DNA of 64,000 nucleotides from Planctomycetota bacterium (GTDB lineage Bacteria > Planctomycetota > UBA8108 > UBA1146), in assembly GCA_028825265.1 (NCBI GenBank), contig JAPKAM010000003.1:3547-67546 (forward strand), given 5' to 3'. Made by a program: the position numbers and the translations under genes. Below, in pieces: positions 10,234 through 22,400 of the stretch (within the stretch, counting starts at the first letter, position 1; each line of letters begins with the position of its first letter). The notes below the pieces were generated by a model. That model was not told where the DNA came from and searched no databases. It saw only the letters and a list, made by a program, of their open reading frames with translations.

Positions 10234-11858
10234 AGGATCCCCTGAGGAAAGAGAGTTGCACCCGCTTGTAACTGACACACTTTCCCCAGTTCCATCACCG
10301 ATTCCTGGGGACTGGCTGCGGCCTCTGAGAATGTTGCGGCCATCTTGCAAGCACTGACCGGCAAGAAGGGGAGCAGCATGACCGAAACCGCATGCACCAG
10401 TTCAAGCAGTGCCGCCAGATCGCCTCCGCAACCCTCCGGATCGGTCTTGCGACTCTTCCACGGCGCTGCGGCATCGAAAATTCGATTGCCATGACGAGCC
10501 AGGGTCACTACTCGATCGAGTGCTTCTCTGAATCGTTGCCTCTCGAGAGATCTCGACCATTCCTCCCGAGCAGAGGAAACCACTCGCAGAACTTCATCGT
10601 GGAAGGCTGAACTCTCCGCACCCGCAGGAACCTTGGTATCGAAGTTCTTGGCGGTAAAGGTCAAAAGTCGGTGGGCAAGATTACCCACCACATCTGACAG
10701 TTCGTCATTATTTCTCTGGATGAACTCTTCCCAGGTAAAGGAGGAGTCCTTGCCCTCGGGAGCGATCGCTGTCAGGTAGTAGCGAACCCGATCCGCATCG
10801 AATTTCTCAAGGATCTGTTCGGCAGTGACCCCGACCCCTTTCGACTTGGAAAACTTCTCACCCTTGAAGTTGAGATACTCATTGGCAGGAATTGACGAAG
10901 GCAATCTGAAGTCACCATGCCCCAACAACATCGAAGGCCAGATGACTGCATGAAAGATGATGTTGTCCTTGCCGAGAAAGTGGACGATTTCCACATCTTC
11001 ATCGGACCACCAGGATCGCCATTCATCTTCCTGCCCCCTCTCCTTGAACATCTCCCGAGTGAAAGAGATGTAACCGATGGGCGCATCGAACCAGACATAC
11101 AGAACCTTGTCCTGCGCCTCCTTGAGAGGCACCGGCACTCCCCATTCTAGATCCCTGGTGATACTTCTGGCGGGTAAGCCCTCGCGAATGATTCCACGGG
11201 AGAAGTTTCGTACATTGTCACGCCAGCCTTCACGGCTCTCGAGCCACTCTTCAAGCCTCTCCTCGTACCGATCGAGACGAAAGAACCAGTGCCTGGTCGA
11301 GGTCAGTTGAGGACTGGAGCCACAGGTGACACAACGGGGCTCAATCAGCAGATCCTGTTCAAAGGCGCCGCCACACGCATCACATTGATCTCCTCGAGCA
11401 TCGTTTGCGCCACACAGCGGGCAGACCCCCTCGACATAGCGATCGGGGAGAAACATGTCGCAATCGGCACAACGATACTGATCTGTGACCTTCTCCTCGA
11501 TGTCTCCACGCTCGCGGATCTTGTGGAAGAACTCTTGCGCGAGTTCCTGGTGACCTTCACAAGTAGAAGTTCCGCTGTAATGGTCAAAGGTAATACCCAG
11601 TGATGAAAATCCTCGCTCCTGGATGGCGCGATACCTTTTCACGACCTCTTGTGGAGTGCTGTTTTCTTTCTGCGCAGAGATCGTGATGGGAACTCCATGA
11701 TCATCACTGCCACAGATGAAAATCGTCTCGATTCCGACCAAGCGTAGGTACCTATTGTAGGTATCCGCAGGTAGGTAGACCCCCGCGATATGTCCCAGAT
11801 GCGGATGATTATTTGCGTATGGCAACGCCGCGGTGATGAGCACCCTTCGCGAAGTCAT
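10185..11858 (-). CDS. metG: methionine--tRNA ligase (short form without C-terminal tRNA-binding domain)
   Basis: ALPYANNHPHLGHIAG (HIGH), KFSKSKG (KMSKS), Zn knuckle CPLCGANDARGDQCDACG. Confidence 0.9.
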   Translation of the reverse strand: MTSRRVLITAALPYANNHPHLGHIAGVYLPADTYNRYLRLVGIETIFICGSDDHGVPITISAQKENSTPQEVVKRYRAIQERGFSSLGITFDHYSGTSTCEGHQELAQEFFHKIRERGDIEEKVTDQYRCADCDMFLPDRYVEGVCPLCGANDARGDQCDACGGAFEQDLLIEPRCVTCGSSPQLTSTRHWFFRLDRYEERLEEWLESREGWRDNVRNFSRGIIREGLPARSITRDLEWGVPVPLKEAQDKVLYVWFDAPIGYISFTREMFKERGQEDEWRSWWSDEDVEIVHFLGKDNIIFHAVIWPSMLLGHGDFRLPSSIPANEYLNFKGEKFSKSKGVGVTAEQILEKFDADRVRYYLTAIAPEGKDSSFTWEEFIQRNNDELSDVVGNLAHRLLTFTAKNFDTKVPAGAESSAFHDEVLRVVSSAREEWSRSLERQRFREALDRVVTLARHGNRIFDAAAPWKSRKTDPEGCGGDLAALLELVHAVSVMLLPFLPVSACKMAATFSEAAASPQESVMELGKVCQLQAGATLFPQGILYPRLELLDEEEESAS

Positions 11859-11883
11859 CGAATTCCCCCCCCGGAGAGATCCC

Positions 11884-14736
<2,853 letters not shown>

Positions 14737-14852
14737 GCTTGGAGGATAATCGTGCCAGCAGCCTCTGTCCACCGATGCACCTCTGAACCGAGGCACCGCA
14801 GCACTGGCATCAACACTGACATCAGCACTGACATCCCGTCAGGAAAGAGGCG

Positions 14853-15920
14853 CTACGATCCTCTGACCAGGGTCTGGCTGAGACTTTCGTGAAGGTCTTC
14901 CACCCGGTCGAGCATCGCTCTCATCGGGAAGTGAGTACGAACGTGCTCCACTCCGACCGCCACCTGATTCCGCGCCCGTACAGGGTCCGCCAGCAATCTC
15001 GCCCCTTCTTGGGCCAGCGCATCAGGATCTCCCGGGCGAACCAGGGTACAAATCCCCTCCTTGCCCAGCAACGATAGGATTTCTCCTCCGCCGGTGGCAA
15101 TCGTTGGGATTCCCCGTGCCAGGCCCTCCAGCATGTGCAGGCCCGCTCCTCCCCAGTCGCTGACCAGCATCAATACGTCGAAGGCGCGGTAGACCGCATC
15201 GACATCCGCTGGCGGAGCCGCAAAGGTCAGATGCCCCTCGAGATCCATCGTCTTGCAAACCGAGCGAAGACGACGTTCATCCGGACCTTCTCCCAGCACC
15301 GTAAAGACCACATCTCCGATCTTCGTCCGGAGCAATCCCGCGGCCTTGAGGAAATCGTCGAGCCGTCTCCCTTTATCGAGTCGTCCGACCGTACCAATCA
15401 CCGGAATCCCCCTGGGACTCCAAGGTTCTCGCACTCCCTCGGGGATCTCGATACCGTAGGGAATGACCCGAATCTTGTCCTTCGAGATTCCCAGTTCTCC
15501 GACTAGGTGCTCTCGGAGATCCTGATTGACTACAATCACTGCAGCGGCATGGTGTGTCGCCCTTGCGGATCGCTCCCGGCTCAACCAGGAGTGCACGGTA
15601 TGGACCATCGGACGTTTGAGAAGCTTCGATAATCTCAGCGCAATTTTTTGAGCCCCCAATCCGCCTGTAGCATGAATCACCGCTGGACCATAACTTTGCA
15701 GAAACATCGTCAACCGGCGACGCGCCAGCCAGGAGGACGGATATTCGAAGACATCGGCACCGAGCTCGCGAAATCGCTGCAAGAAGACCCCGCCACGGCA
15801 CACCATCTGGATCTCGTGCCCGCGCTGGATGAGGCCCTCTGCGAGCCCCAATGCATGGGTTGTGGGCACCGACCAGTCGAGCCGCCCTCCTACCAGTAGA
15901 ATTTTCAAACGGCCCCCCAT
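14853..15920 (-). CDS. family 4 (GT-B) glycosyltransferase
   Basis: MGGRLKILLVGGRL... with a C-terminal GT4 EG/G-rich region (LEGLARGIPTIATGGGEI). The upstream 153 codons of the ORF are Arg-rich and overlap queC, so they are treated as spurious. Confidence 0.8.
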   Translation of the reverse strand: MGGRLKILLVGGRLDWSVPTTHALGLAEGLIQRGHEIQMVCRGGVFLQRFRELGADVFEYPSSWLARRRLTMFLQSYGPAVIHATGGLGAQKIALRLSKLLKRPMVHTVHSWLSRERSARATHHAAAVIVVNQDLREHLVGELGISKDKIRVIPYGIEIPEGVREPWSPRGIPVIGTVGRLDKGRRLDDFLKAAGLLRTKIGDVVFTVLGEGPDERRLRSVCKTMDLEGHLTFAAPPADVDAVYRAFDVLMLVSDWGGAGLHMLEGLARGIPTIATGGGEILSLLGKEGICTLVRPGDPDALAQEGARLLADPVRARNQVAVGVEHVRTHFPMRAMLDRVEDLHESLSQTLVRGS

Positions 15921-16000
15921 CTCAGACGCGTGAGCATCCCGGTCCTTGCCCACCGACTGGACGCAGGATATACGACCTGGAAGACTCCGACCATGAGAGA

Positions 16001-16726
16001 GGTGCCGAGGTGCCTGATTCTGCTCCGCAAGACTCGTTCGATTCGATCGCCCTGGCCAGTGGTGGCCTCGATTCCACCACCGTTCTGGCGATGGCCATCT
16101 CGCGAGGATTTCGTCCGCTGCCGCTGACTTTTCGCTACGGTCAGAACCATTCGATCGAGACTGAACAGGTCGCAAAAATCGCCGCATCCCTCGATTTGCC
16201 GGCACCGCTGATCCTCGACCTACCCTTCGGCCACATCGGTGGATCCGCCCTGCTCGGTTCCTCTGCCATTCCCGATGAGCCGCAACAAGGGGCCAGTCAC
16301 CGCCAGGAAATTCCGGCAACTTACGTTCCGGCACGTAATCTGGTGTTCTTGTCACTCGCAGTGGCCGCCGCAGAGGCACGGTCGGTTCGCGACATCTGGA
16401 TCGGAGTCAATGCACTCGACTACAGCGGCTACCCCGACTGCCGCCCGGAGTTCCTGGAAGCCTTCCTGGTCGCCGCTCATCGAGGAACGAGGGAAGGGTC
16501 GAGTGAAACTGATCAACCCTGGTGGAGGCTGCAAGCGCCACTGGTCGAGATGAGCAAGGCTCAGATCATTGAGACTGCGACCGATCTCGGTGTGGATCTA
16601 TCTCTCACTCTCTCCTGTTATGCTCCTGACACTCGCGGCTACGCATGTGGTCGCTGCGATTCGTGTGGGCTCAGAAGACGTGGGTTTGAAGAAGCCTCGA
16701 TCCCAGACCCCACCAGATATCAGTAG
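16001..16726 (+). CDS. queC: 7-cyano-7-deazaguanine synthase
   Basis: ALASGGLDSTT (PP-loop) and C-terminal CGRCDSCGLR zinc motif. The ORF track starts at 15851; GTG near 16001 fits the family N-terminus better. Confidence 0.8.
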   Translation, partial: GAEVPDSAPQDSFDSIALASGGLDSTTVLAMAISRGFRPLPLTFRYGQNHSIETEQVAKIAASLDLPAPLILDLPFGHIGGSALLGSSAIPDEPQQGASHRQEIPATYVPARNLVFLSLAVAAAEARSVRDIWIGVNALDYSGYPDCRPEFLEAFLVAAHRGTREGSSETDQPWWRLQAPLVEMSKAQIIETATDLGVDLSLTLSCYAPDTRGYACGRCDSCGLRRRGFEEASIPDPTRYQ

Positions 16727-16793
16727 TCCTAAGAATTGGAACGATTTCTCGGCTCCATTGGCAGAGATCCCAATACTCCCCTAGAATCCCTAC

Positions 16794-17795
16794 GTGCTGG
16801 ATGAACTCACAACGAAGGGGAGCCCGGTGGGAAGCCACATTCTCGTGACAGGAGGGGCTGGCTTCATCGGCAGCCACCTCTGCCAGCGATTACTGGAACG
16901 TGGGGATGAGGTGATCTGCCTCGACGCCTTCACCGATGATTACGACCCCGCTCTCAAGCATGCCAACATCGAATCCTATCTCTCCAGTGACGGATTCGAA
17001 CTGATCAAGGGCGATATCCGTGATCGGCCACTCCTCGAGCAGATCGCCAGAACCCATAGCATCGATGCGGTGATTCATCTGGCGGCAAAGGCGGGTGTCC
17101 GATCGTCGATCCGCCAGCCCGCTCTCTACGTTGACGTGAATCTCAATGGCACGGCAAACCTACTGGAGATGGCCAGAGCACACTCCATCGATCACTTCGT
17201 CTTTGCCTCGTCATCATCGGTATACGGTGAAAGAACAGCGACTCCATTCAAAGAGAGTGATCCGGTCGATCATCCGGTGTCGCCCTATGCCGCGACCAAG
17301 AAGGCGGGCGAGTTACTGTGCCACGCCTTTCATCATTTGCATGGAATCAACATCACGTGCCTACGTTTCTTCACCGTCTACGGCCCGAGACAGCGCCCTG
17401 AGATGGCGATCCACCTGTTTACCCGGCTGATCGAACAGGGACTCCCGGTCCCGATGTTCGGGGATGGCTCCTCTGAACGAGATTTCACATACATCGATGA
17501 CATCAATACAGGAGTCCTCGCGGCCCTCGACCGTTGCGATGGGTATGAAATTTTCAATCTAGGAAACCACCAAAGCATCCGCCTCGATCAATTGATCGAA
17601 TCGATTGCGACCACTTGTGGGCAGCCCTACACCATCGATCCGCACCCCTTCCAGTCGGGAGATGTGTCCAAAACCTGCGCCTGCATCGAAAAGTCCAGAT
17701 CGAAGCTCGGCTTCGAACCGACCATCTCGATCGAGCAGGGCCTGAAACTGTTTCATGACTGGTACTCATCTCAAGACCAGAAGAGTAACGGCTGA
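16794..17795 (+). CDS. NAD-dependent sugar epimerase/dehydratase (UDP-glucuronate 4-epimerase-like SDR)
   Basis: VTGGAGFIGSHL Rossmann motif and YAATKKAGE (YxxxK). Confidence 0.85.
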   Translation: MLDELTTKGSPVGSHILVTGGAGFIGSHLCQRLLERGDEVICLDAFTDDYDPALKHANIESYLSSDGFELIKGDIRDRPLLEQIARTHSIDAVIHLAAKAGVRSSIRQPALYVDVNLNGTANLLEMARAHSIDHFVFASSSSVYGERTATPFKESDPVDHPVSPYAATKKAGELLCHAFHHLHGINITCLRFFTVYGPRQRPEMAIHLFTRLIEQGLPVPMFGDGSSERDFTYIDDINTGVLAALDRCDGYEIFNLGNHQSIRLDQLIESIATTCGQPYTIDPHPFQSGDVSKTCACIEKSRSKLGFEPTISIEQGLKLFHDWYSSQDQKSNG

Positions 17796-17810
17796 CCACG
17801 GGAGGCTACT

Positions 17811-18962
17811 TTGTCCACAACCGAGAGAATCCGGATGGTCGCTGTCGGCCCGGACGACACTGCTGAGAGAGCCCAGTGGCTCGAAGCGCTCGGCCATGCC
17901 ATCGACTCCAGTTCCTTCTGCCTCGGATCAGAGGTGGAGAAGTTCGAAGCCGCTTGCAAGGAACGACTGGGTGTGGCTCACGCCTTCGGCGTGTCCAGCG
18001 GTACCGATGGACTGAAGGTGGCTCTCAGCGCCGCCGGAGTCACCGCTGGAGATGAGGTGGTCGTTCCCGCCTACAGTTTCTTCGCCACGGCATCGGTGAT
18101 CGCCCAGTTAGGTGCCGTGCCGATCTTCTGCGATGTGGATCCGGCGACGCTATGCATCGATCCCGCTGCCGCAGAGACTCTCATCTCGCCCAGGACTCGA
18201 GCCATCCTTCCGGTTCATCTGTATGGTCAGACCGCTGACATCGATGCCATCCTGAAGATCTCCCTCAAACATCGGATTCCCATCGTCGAGGATGCCGCAC
18301 AAGCCTTCGGGGTGTTCCACCGGGGCCGCCCCGCTGGAGCCATCGGTACGGTCGGGGCTTTCTCCTTCTATCCGACCAAAAACCTCGCGGCGGCCGGCGA
18401 TGCCGGGATGATCGTCACCCAGGATGACGAGATCGCCCACAGGGTCCGGCAACTACGGGTTCACGGAGATGCCGGCGGCTACAATCACCAGATGCTGGGT
18501 TGGAATGCTCGCATGGACGGGTTCCAGGGCGCGATTCTGACTCTTCAGTTACAACGACTCGATCAACGCCAGGCGATCCGCCAGCGCAATGTGGAGGAAT
18601 ATCTTCACGCATTGCAGGAGCACCACCTGACCTCACAGGTGGTGACCCTCGGGCGCACCGCAGGATCGGACCACTGCTGGCACCAGTTCATCGTGCAAGT
18701 CGACGATCGTGACCAAATCCGCAACCAGCTCGCCGAGCGTGGAATCGACTCGGGCATCTACTACCCAGCGACACTTCCCGAACAGAGTTGCCTCGCCACC
18801 GATCGGTATCCATCGGATGGTCTGGTGGCGATGTTCCCGGTGGCTCAGCGAGCCGCACGCACGGTGCTGGCGCTTCCGGTGCACCACCGACTGCTCGAGG
18901 GTGATCCGACGAGGGTGATCCAGGCGCTGGCAGAAATCGTCGGTAACCGGAGAGGGAATTAA
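17811..18962 (+). CDS. DegT/DnrJ/EryC1/StrS family sugar aminotransferase (PLP-dependent)
   Basis: FSFYPTKNLAAAGDAGMIVT (PLP-Lys motif) and overall fold-type I pattern. Confidence 0.85.
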   Translation: MSTTERIRMVAVGPDDTAERAQWLEALGHAIDSSSFCLGSEVEKFEAACKERLGVAHAFGVSSGTDGLKVALSAAGVTAGDEVVVPAYSFFATASVIAQLGAVPIFCDVDPATLCIDPAAAETLISPRTRAILPVHLYGQTADIDAILKISLKHRIPIVEDAAQAFGVFHRGRPAGAIGTVGAFSFYPTKNLAAAGDAGMIVTQDDEIAHRVRQLRVHGDAGGYNHQMLGWNARMDGFQGAILTLQLQRLDQRQAIRQRNVEEYLHALQEHHLTSQVVTLGRTAGSDHCWHQFIVQVDDRDQIRNQLAERGIDSGIYYPATLPEQSCLATDRYPSDGLVAMFPVAQRAARTVLALPVHHRLLEGDPTRVIQALAEIVGNRRGN

Positions 18963-19011
18963 AAAAATGGGAGGTGATCGTCGGTTTAAGGGGTTCCGAC
19001 GTCACACTCCC
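18961..19011 (-). terminator. intrinsic terminator (minus-strand orientation) abutting the DegT stop
   Basis: Imperfect 15-bp hairpin gggag-gtga-t-cgtcgg / ccgacg-tcac-a-ctccc with an 11-nt loop, followed on the minus strand by UUUUUUU (plus-strand a-run 18961-18967). Confidence 0.4.
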
Positions 19012-19254
19012 AACAGCGAGGAAGAGTTTGAATAATGACAACGGGCAATTGACTCTTCCCGTATCTGCTTGTTAGTAAGCATTATTCATGCCAAATGCAT
19101 TACAAGTTCAATACATTTTGGTTATCTGCTAGAATTCATGGAGCAATCGGCGGATCGAGGCCATTTGACCCCTTCCGACTCCAGCACAGACCTTCACTGA
19201 CATTCAGAATCGTCCTCCCAGTGCGTTGAATGGGGTGGCCAGATTCAGCCGAAC

Positions 19255-21446
19255 CTACTGGCGGCCCTCGGCCAGTCCGGCCTCCTGAATTGCACTGAGC
19301 CGCGCATAGAGCCCCCCGGCAGATCGCAACTGTTCGTCGGTACCCTGTTCGACGATCCGTCCGCCATCGAGGACCACCACACGGTCGACATCTCGCACCG
19401 TCGAGAGGCGGTGAGCCACCACCAGCACCGTCCGATCCTCCATCAGTTGCTGCAGCGCCCGATGGACTCGCTGCTCACCCTCCGAATCGAGGGAAGCGGT
19501 CGCTTCATCGAGAAGTAGGATCGGAGCATCCTTGAGAATCGCCCTGGCGATGGTGATGCGTTGACGCTGGCCGCCAGAGAGGCGGTCTCCTCGCTCACCG
19601 ATGACGGTGTTGTAGCCGCTCGGCAGAGCCTCAATTTCTTCATGGACCGAGGCGGCTCGGGCCGCAGCTTCGATCTGATCATCGGTAGCCGCGGGATTCC
19701 CACCCCCGATGTTCTCCTTCACCGTCGAGTGGAATAGAAACGGTTCCTGGCCAACGATGGCGATCTGATCCAGCAGTGAGGAATGGGTCAGATCTCGATA
19801 TTCGATGCCATCGAAATAAATCTCGCCACCGCTCGGTTCCCGAAACCTGGCCAGGATATCGAAGAGGGTCGACTTCCCCGATCCTGAAGGACCGACCAGC
19901 GCCACTCTCTCACCCTTTTTGATCGTCAACTGAATGCCATCGAGCGCAAGACCAGCATCTGCCGCATACCGGTGAGATACATCTCGAAACTCGATCGCAC
20001 GGCTGAAGGGAAGCATCGACCTCGCCTCAGAACCGTCCACCACCTGACGGGGAGTATCGAGAACCTCGAAGATCCGATCGGTCGCCGCCGACGATTCAGC
20101 GATGGTGGTCGCCATCCTCGCAAGGTTCTTGATGGGAGTGTAACAGGACAAAATCGCCGCCATGAACACTGCGAAATCACCAAAGGTCACATCTACGATT
20201 CCGTCGGTGATCACCCAACCCCCGGCAGCGATGGCGAATGCTGCGATCAGATTGTACAGCCCTTCGACCAGGCTTCGGCCCTTGGCCCGAGCCACCTCCG
20301 TACTGACCTGAGCACGACGGAGATTTTCTGAGGTTTTTTCAAATTCCTTTTGCCGCTGATCCTCGAGCCCGAAACTCTTCACCACCCTGATTCCAGAGAG
20401 CAACTGGGATAGGCCCTCGGTGGTCTCTCCTGCATGGGAAAGAGCCCCGCGGAAACGAGTCCGGACCTTCTTCGCCTGGCGAAAGACAGGGATCGCCAGC
20501 AACAGCAGCAAGGGGATCGCTGCCGCCGTCATTTGCCAGGAAGCGATGAAGGCCACCCCTAGGGAGAAGAGGATCGTCAAAGGACTCTGAAGGATTTCAC
20601 CGAACAGCAACTGTACCGATGCAGAAACGCTAGTCACATCACCGACCGCCCGCGAGACCACATCCCCGTGTCGACGCGATTCAAAATACTCCAGCGACTG
20701 ACACGAGAGGAAGCGGAACAATTGATTGCGAATATCGACCACCACCTGGATCCGCACTCGTTGTCCCAGGATGAGCCGGTAGAAACTACTGGTAGCCACG
20801 ACCAAAGACAGCGCAGCGATGAACAGAGAGACTGACCACAGTAGTTGAAGAGATCCGGTTCCCGGAAGTCCGTTCTGAATCAGAAGGTGGCCGGAACCGT
20901 CGATCTCCGCGATGACCGCACTGTCGGGAGAACGATCACCCGGGTCGATATCAAAACCACTCAATTGCGCTGCAGTGATGGACCTGATCTTGGCATCGAA
21001 GACACCATCCAGCCGGATTCTAGAGGCGCGAATATCCTGCACGGTACCGCCGTCGCGCAGTTGAGCGGTCACCAGAAAGGCCTGATCCCAGGCCTGATCC
21101 AGTTCGCCATCCAGTGGGTCATCCGGATCCACTGAAGGAAAACCGACCACCAGCGCTCCATCGATTCGAAAGCGAGATTCGATCCGTTCGGGTAACTGGA
21201 TGTCCCCCGGAAGATACGGCAACAGAAAGTCCTCAAACAGCGCCAGCGTGCGGCCACGAGACCCATCATCACTGGGGGAGATCACTCCATCGATGACCAG
21301 CCCGACCGCTCCCAGCCTGAGGCTGTTGGCGCCTGCGTAGATGCACATCAGCAGCAAGATGGCGATGATCGACTTGTAATGCGGGAAGGCATAGCCCAGC
21401 AATCGGCGGATTCCCGAAGATTTTTTCTGATCTTCAATTTCCATCA
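19255..21446 (-). CDS. ABC transporter permease/ATPase, MsbA-like lipid exporter
   Basis: Six-TM N-terminal half, Walker A GPSGSGKST, LSGGQRQRITIARAIL signature, Walker B LLLDEATASLD. Trimmed to MEIEDQKK..., which overlaps the upstream GT2 stop. Confidence 0.85.
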
Positions 21447-22388
21447 GGCCTCCTTCTCCAGACGAACTTCCCACGCCTTGGCCTGCTCGATGAAGATGTA
21501 CGCCGAGAGCAATACAGCAACGACGAATCCTGCCATCCCGTCTCGAAAGCCTCGGTCCTTGAAGTATCGCACCCAGAACATCGAAGCACTGGCTCGGAAC
21601 CAGGACCACTTCGACTGTGGCAGCATCGCTCTCTTACGCAATCCACCCACCTCGCCTCTGGCCAGTGCCTCGGCACTCTGACTGGTGTAGCGATTCATTC
21701 TCGAAAGGAAATCATGAATCGTCGGATGGGCGAAGTGCAATACCGATCCTGAAAGTTCACCGATGGGACCATCTACGATCGCTTCGGAGTGAATCGATCC
21801 AGGGGAATAGTCACCCAGCCCGGCTCTAAACAGACGTAAATGTTGATCGTCCCAGCCACCATGCTGAAGCCACCGCCCGAGCAAGTAGTGCTTGAACGGA
21901 ATTCGGAATCCAGATTCGGGGCGGTCGGACTGTAACAACTGTTCAATCTCCTGGCGCAGTTCATCCGTAACACGTTCATCCAGATCTAGCACCAAGATCC
22001 AACCTTCATGAATCTGATCCAGACCGAGGCGCCGGATATCCTCGATCAAACCCTCCCCTCTGGGAGCGTCGATCACCTCCACATCCGGACGTTGCTCGAA
22101 CCACTGGCGAGATCCATCCTCGCTGCCATGATCGATGACGACAATCCGGTCGGCCCAACCGATATTCTGCATCCATGGCTCGATGTTTTCCTTCTCGTTC
22201 AGCACAGCAGCCACCACCGACAGTGAAGCCGTTGGGACGAAGCGCTCCGAGTTGGAGACGGTCGTGGATCTGGATTGCGAGGACAATCGGCCTCCCTCCC
22301 CTGACACAGTCATCAGGGATACTCGTCGATGCTGCAGGTCGAGGAGGCGATCGTCAACCGGACCCGATCCACCGATCCACAGATCCAT
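21444..22388 (-). CDS. family 2 glycosyltransferase (LPS core type)
   Basis: LSVVAAVLNEKENIEP...VVIDHGSEDGS is a typical GT2 N-terminal DxD region. The start is probably internal. Confidence 0.7.
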   Translation of the reverse strand: MDLWIGGSGPVDDRLLDLQHRRVSLMTVSGEGGRLSSQSRSTTVSNSERFVPTASLSVVAAVLNEKENIEPWMQNIGWADRIVVIDHGSEDGSRQWFEQRPDVEVIDAPRGEGLIEDIRRLGLDQIHEGWILVLDLDERVTDELRQEIEQLLQSDRPESGFRIPFKHYLLGRWLQHGGWDDQHLRLFRAGLGDYSPGSIHSEAIVDGPIGELSGSVLHFAHPTIHDFLSRMNRYTSQSAEALARGEVGGLRKRAMLPQSKWSWFRASASMFWVRYFKDRGFRDGMAGFVVAVLLSAYIFIEQAKAWEVRLEKEA

Positions 22389-22400
22389 GAGATCATCGCC

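Noticed and set aside
15921-16379. 153-codon N-terminal extension of the GT4 glycosyltransferase ORF
   Set aside because: Arg/Pro-rich, no GT motifs, overlaps queC on the opposite strand; the Met at MGGRLKILLVGG gives a canonical GT4 N-terminus.
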